This document shows, piece by piece, positions 62,626 through 64,000 of a DNA stretch of 64,000 bases. The notes beneath the pieces are model-generated. The model worked only from the letters and a program-made list of their open reading frames with translations. It searched no databases and was not told where the DNA came from. A program made the translations under genes and the position numbers. Origin of the DNA: the human T2T-CHM13v2.0 reference genome, Homo sapiens; assembly GCF_009914755.1 (NCBI RefSeq), contig NC_060939.1, one strand, 5' to 3'. Positions within the stretch are counted from its first letter, which is position 1. Every line of letters begins with the position of its first letter.

Positions 62626-64000
62626 AACTTAAAGTTATGACAGTCCAAATAAAATTTCCTGAAAGTCGAAAGATAAGAAAATATTCCAGAACTGAAAATT
62701 TAAAAAACATTTAGAAATAACGTGAGATATAAGACTCAAGACAAGAGGTCTCAAATCCAATTAACAGACACTTCCAAATGAACAAATAAAATGGAAAAGA
62801 GAAAGTTAACAACAAAAATATGACAAGATTCAAGACTCCAACTTTGAAAGAGCCTATCCATAGGCCTGTTCATTTGGTGTACCCAGCATAATGAATGAAA
62901 AAAGACCCACACTAAGTACACTGTTGTGCTATTTCAGCTCACCAAGGAAAAGACAAACTCCTAAAAGCTTCCAGGGAGAAAGTCATGCATAAACAAGTGA
63001 AACTCAGGATGGCATGAGGCTTCGCCACCACGACTGGTTAGAAGACAACAGCACAGACTTTGAAATTCTAAGGTAAAATTATCCTCAACCTAGAAATACA
63101 TAATCAAGCAAACTATCAATCAAGTGTGAGGGTAGAATATGAGAGACGTGAATACTGATGGGGATGTGATATGCAGCAGGCACTGTTCTAAATGGTTTAC
63201 ATGTACCAACCCAATTAAGAAACTTAAAATACACACGCGCACACACACACACACACGCACACACACACACACACAGTTTTTCCTGCTAATCATTTTACGA
63301 TGAAACAGCCAAGTAGCTAACCCAGAGCCCACAAAGGCAGAGTAAAAATTCTAACACTTGGTAAAATAAAAATGCACATATACCCTGTGATCTAAAAAAA
63401 AAAATGCTTAAATATTCAAAGACAGACAGCAATTACAGCTACTGAGAACATCACTGTAAGCAAACTGAGGCAGAGAAAACAAAGGTGCTAATGAGGATTT
63501 GAACCACCTAACATGCAGAAACCCACTGGATGCTTTCCTAGGTTCCGAGCTGGCATTGTCTTTCAGAATGATCTAGAAGAGGTCACATGACACTGTTACA
63601 AAGGATCTAGAGAAAGGGACCCTTGCTTTATCACTCCGGCTCTCCAGTCATGCTTCACATTTTCACTTCTTACACTCTTTCACATGAAGTCAATTTACAG
63701 ACCTCCATCATGCCCTTAGAGACCTTTTTGTAATATTCTGACAAGTTCTGGATGTCATCTCTGCACTTTTGACAAATTCTTAGCAGTTAACGTACAAGGC
63801 AGTTAACATTTTTGTTCACGGTATAGCTAGAAAAGGGTCATATACTCAATAAAACAAATATTTACCAAGCATTCATTGAGTGGAAGATAAAACGCACAAA
63901 GCATAATTATAAAATATTCTCCCCTGCCATGATACAACAAAATTTTTAAAGGCTTACAGAATATAGCATAACATGACCAAAGCAAAAATAGTAAGGACTA

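Overview
Primate (almost certainly human) DNA from the chromosome 15q13 GOLGA8 segmental-duplication cluster. The layout and paralog-specific residues best fit GOLGA8K - ULK4P1 - DNM1 pseudogene - GOLGA8O, but paralog names are inferred from memory, not aligned. From high to low coordinates on the minus strand: a complete 19-exon GOLGA8 gene (632 aa, 58075-47644) with an intronic 7SL copy and a long AT-rich 3' UTR; a convergent plus-strand DNM1 3' fragment carrying a young L1; a CpG island whose first exon derives from UBE2Q2 exon 1; a ULK4-derived block holding the FAM7A exons C, B, A and E known from CHRFAM7A (no CHRNA7 exons seen); and the 5' half of a second GOLGA8 gene (5718-1). The two GOLGA8 copies are direct repeats about 52.4 kb apart. 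Most interesting observations: (1) FAM7A exons B-A-E form an open frame phase-compatible with exon 2 of the downstream GOLGA8, a possible CHRFAM7A-like fusion; (2) a 25+8 bp inverted repeat could sequester the acceptor of a dead golgin exon; (3) a chimeric Alu marks the ULK4 block breakpoint; (4) compensating frameshifts rewrite the GM130-like C-terminus. These are sequence-level hypotheses; no expression or database evidence was available.
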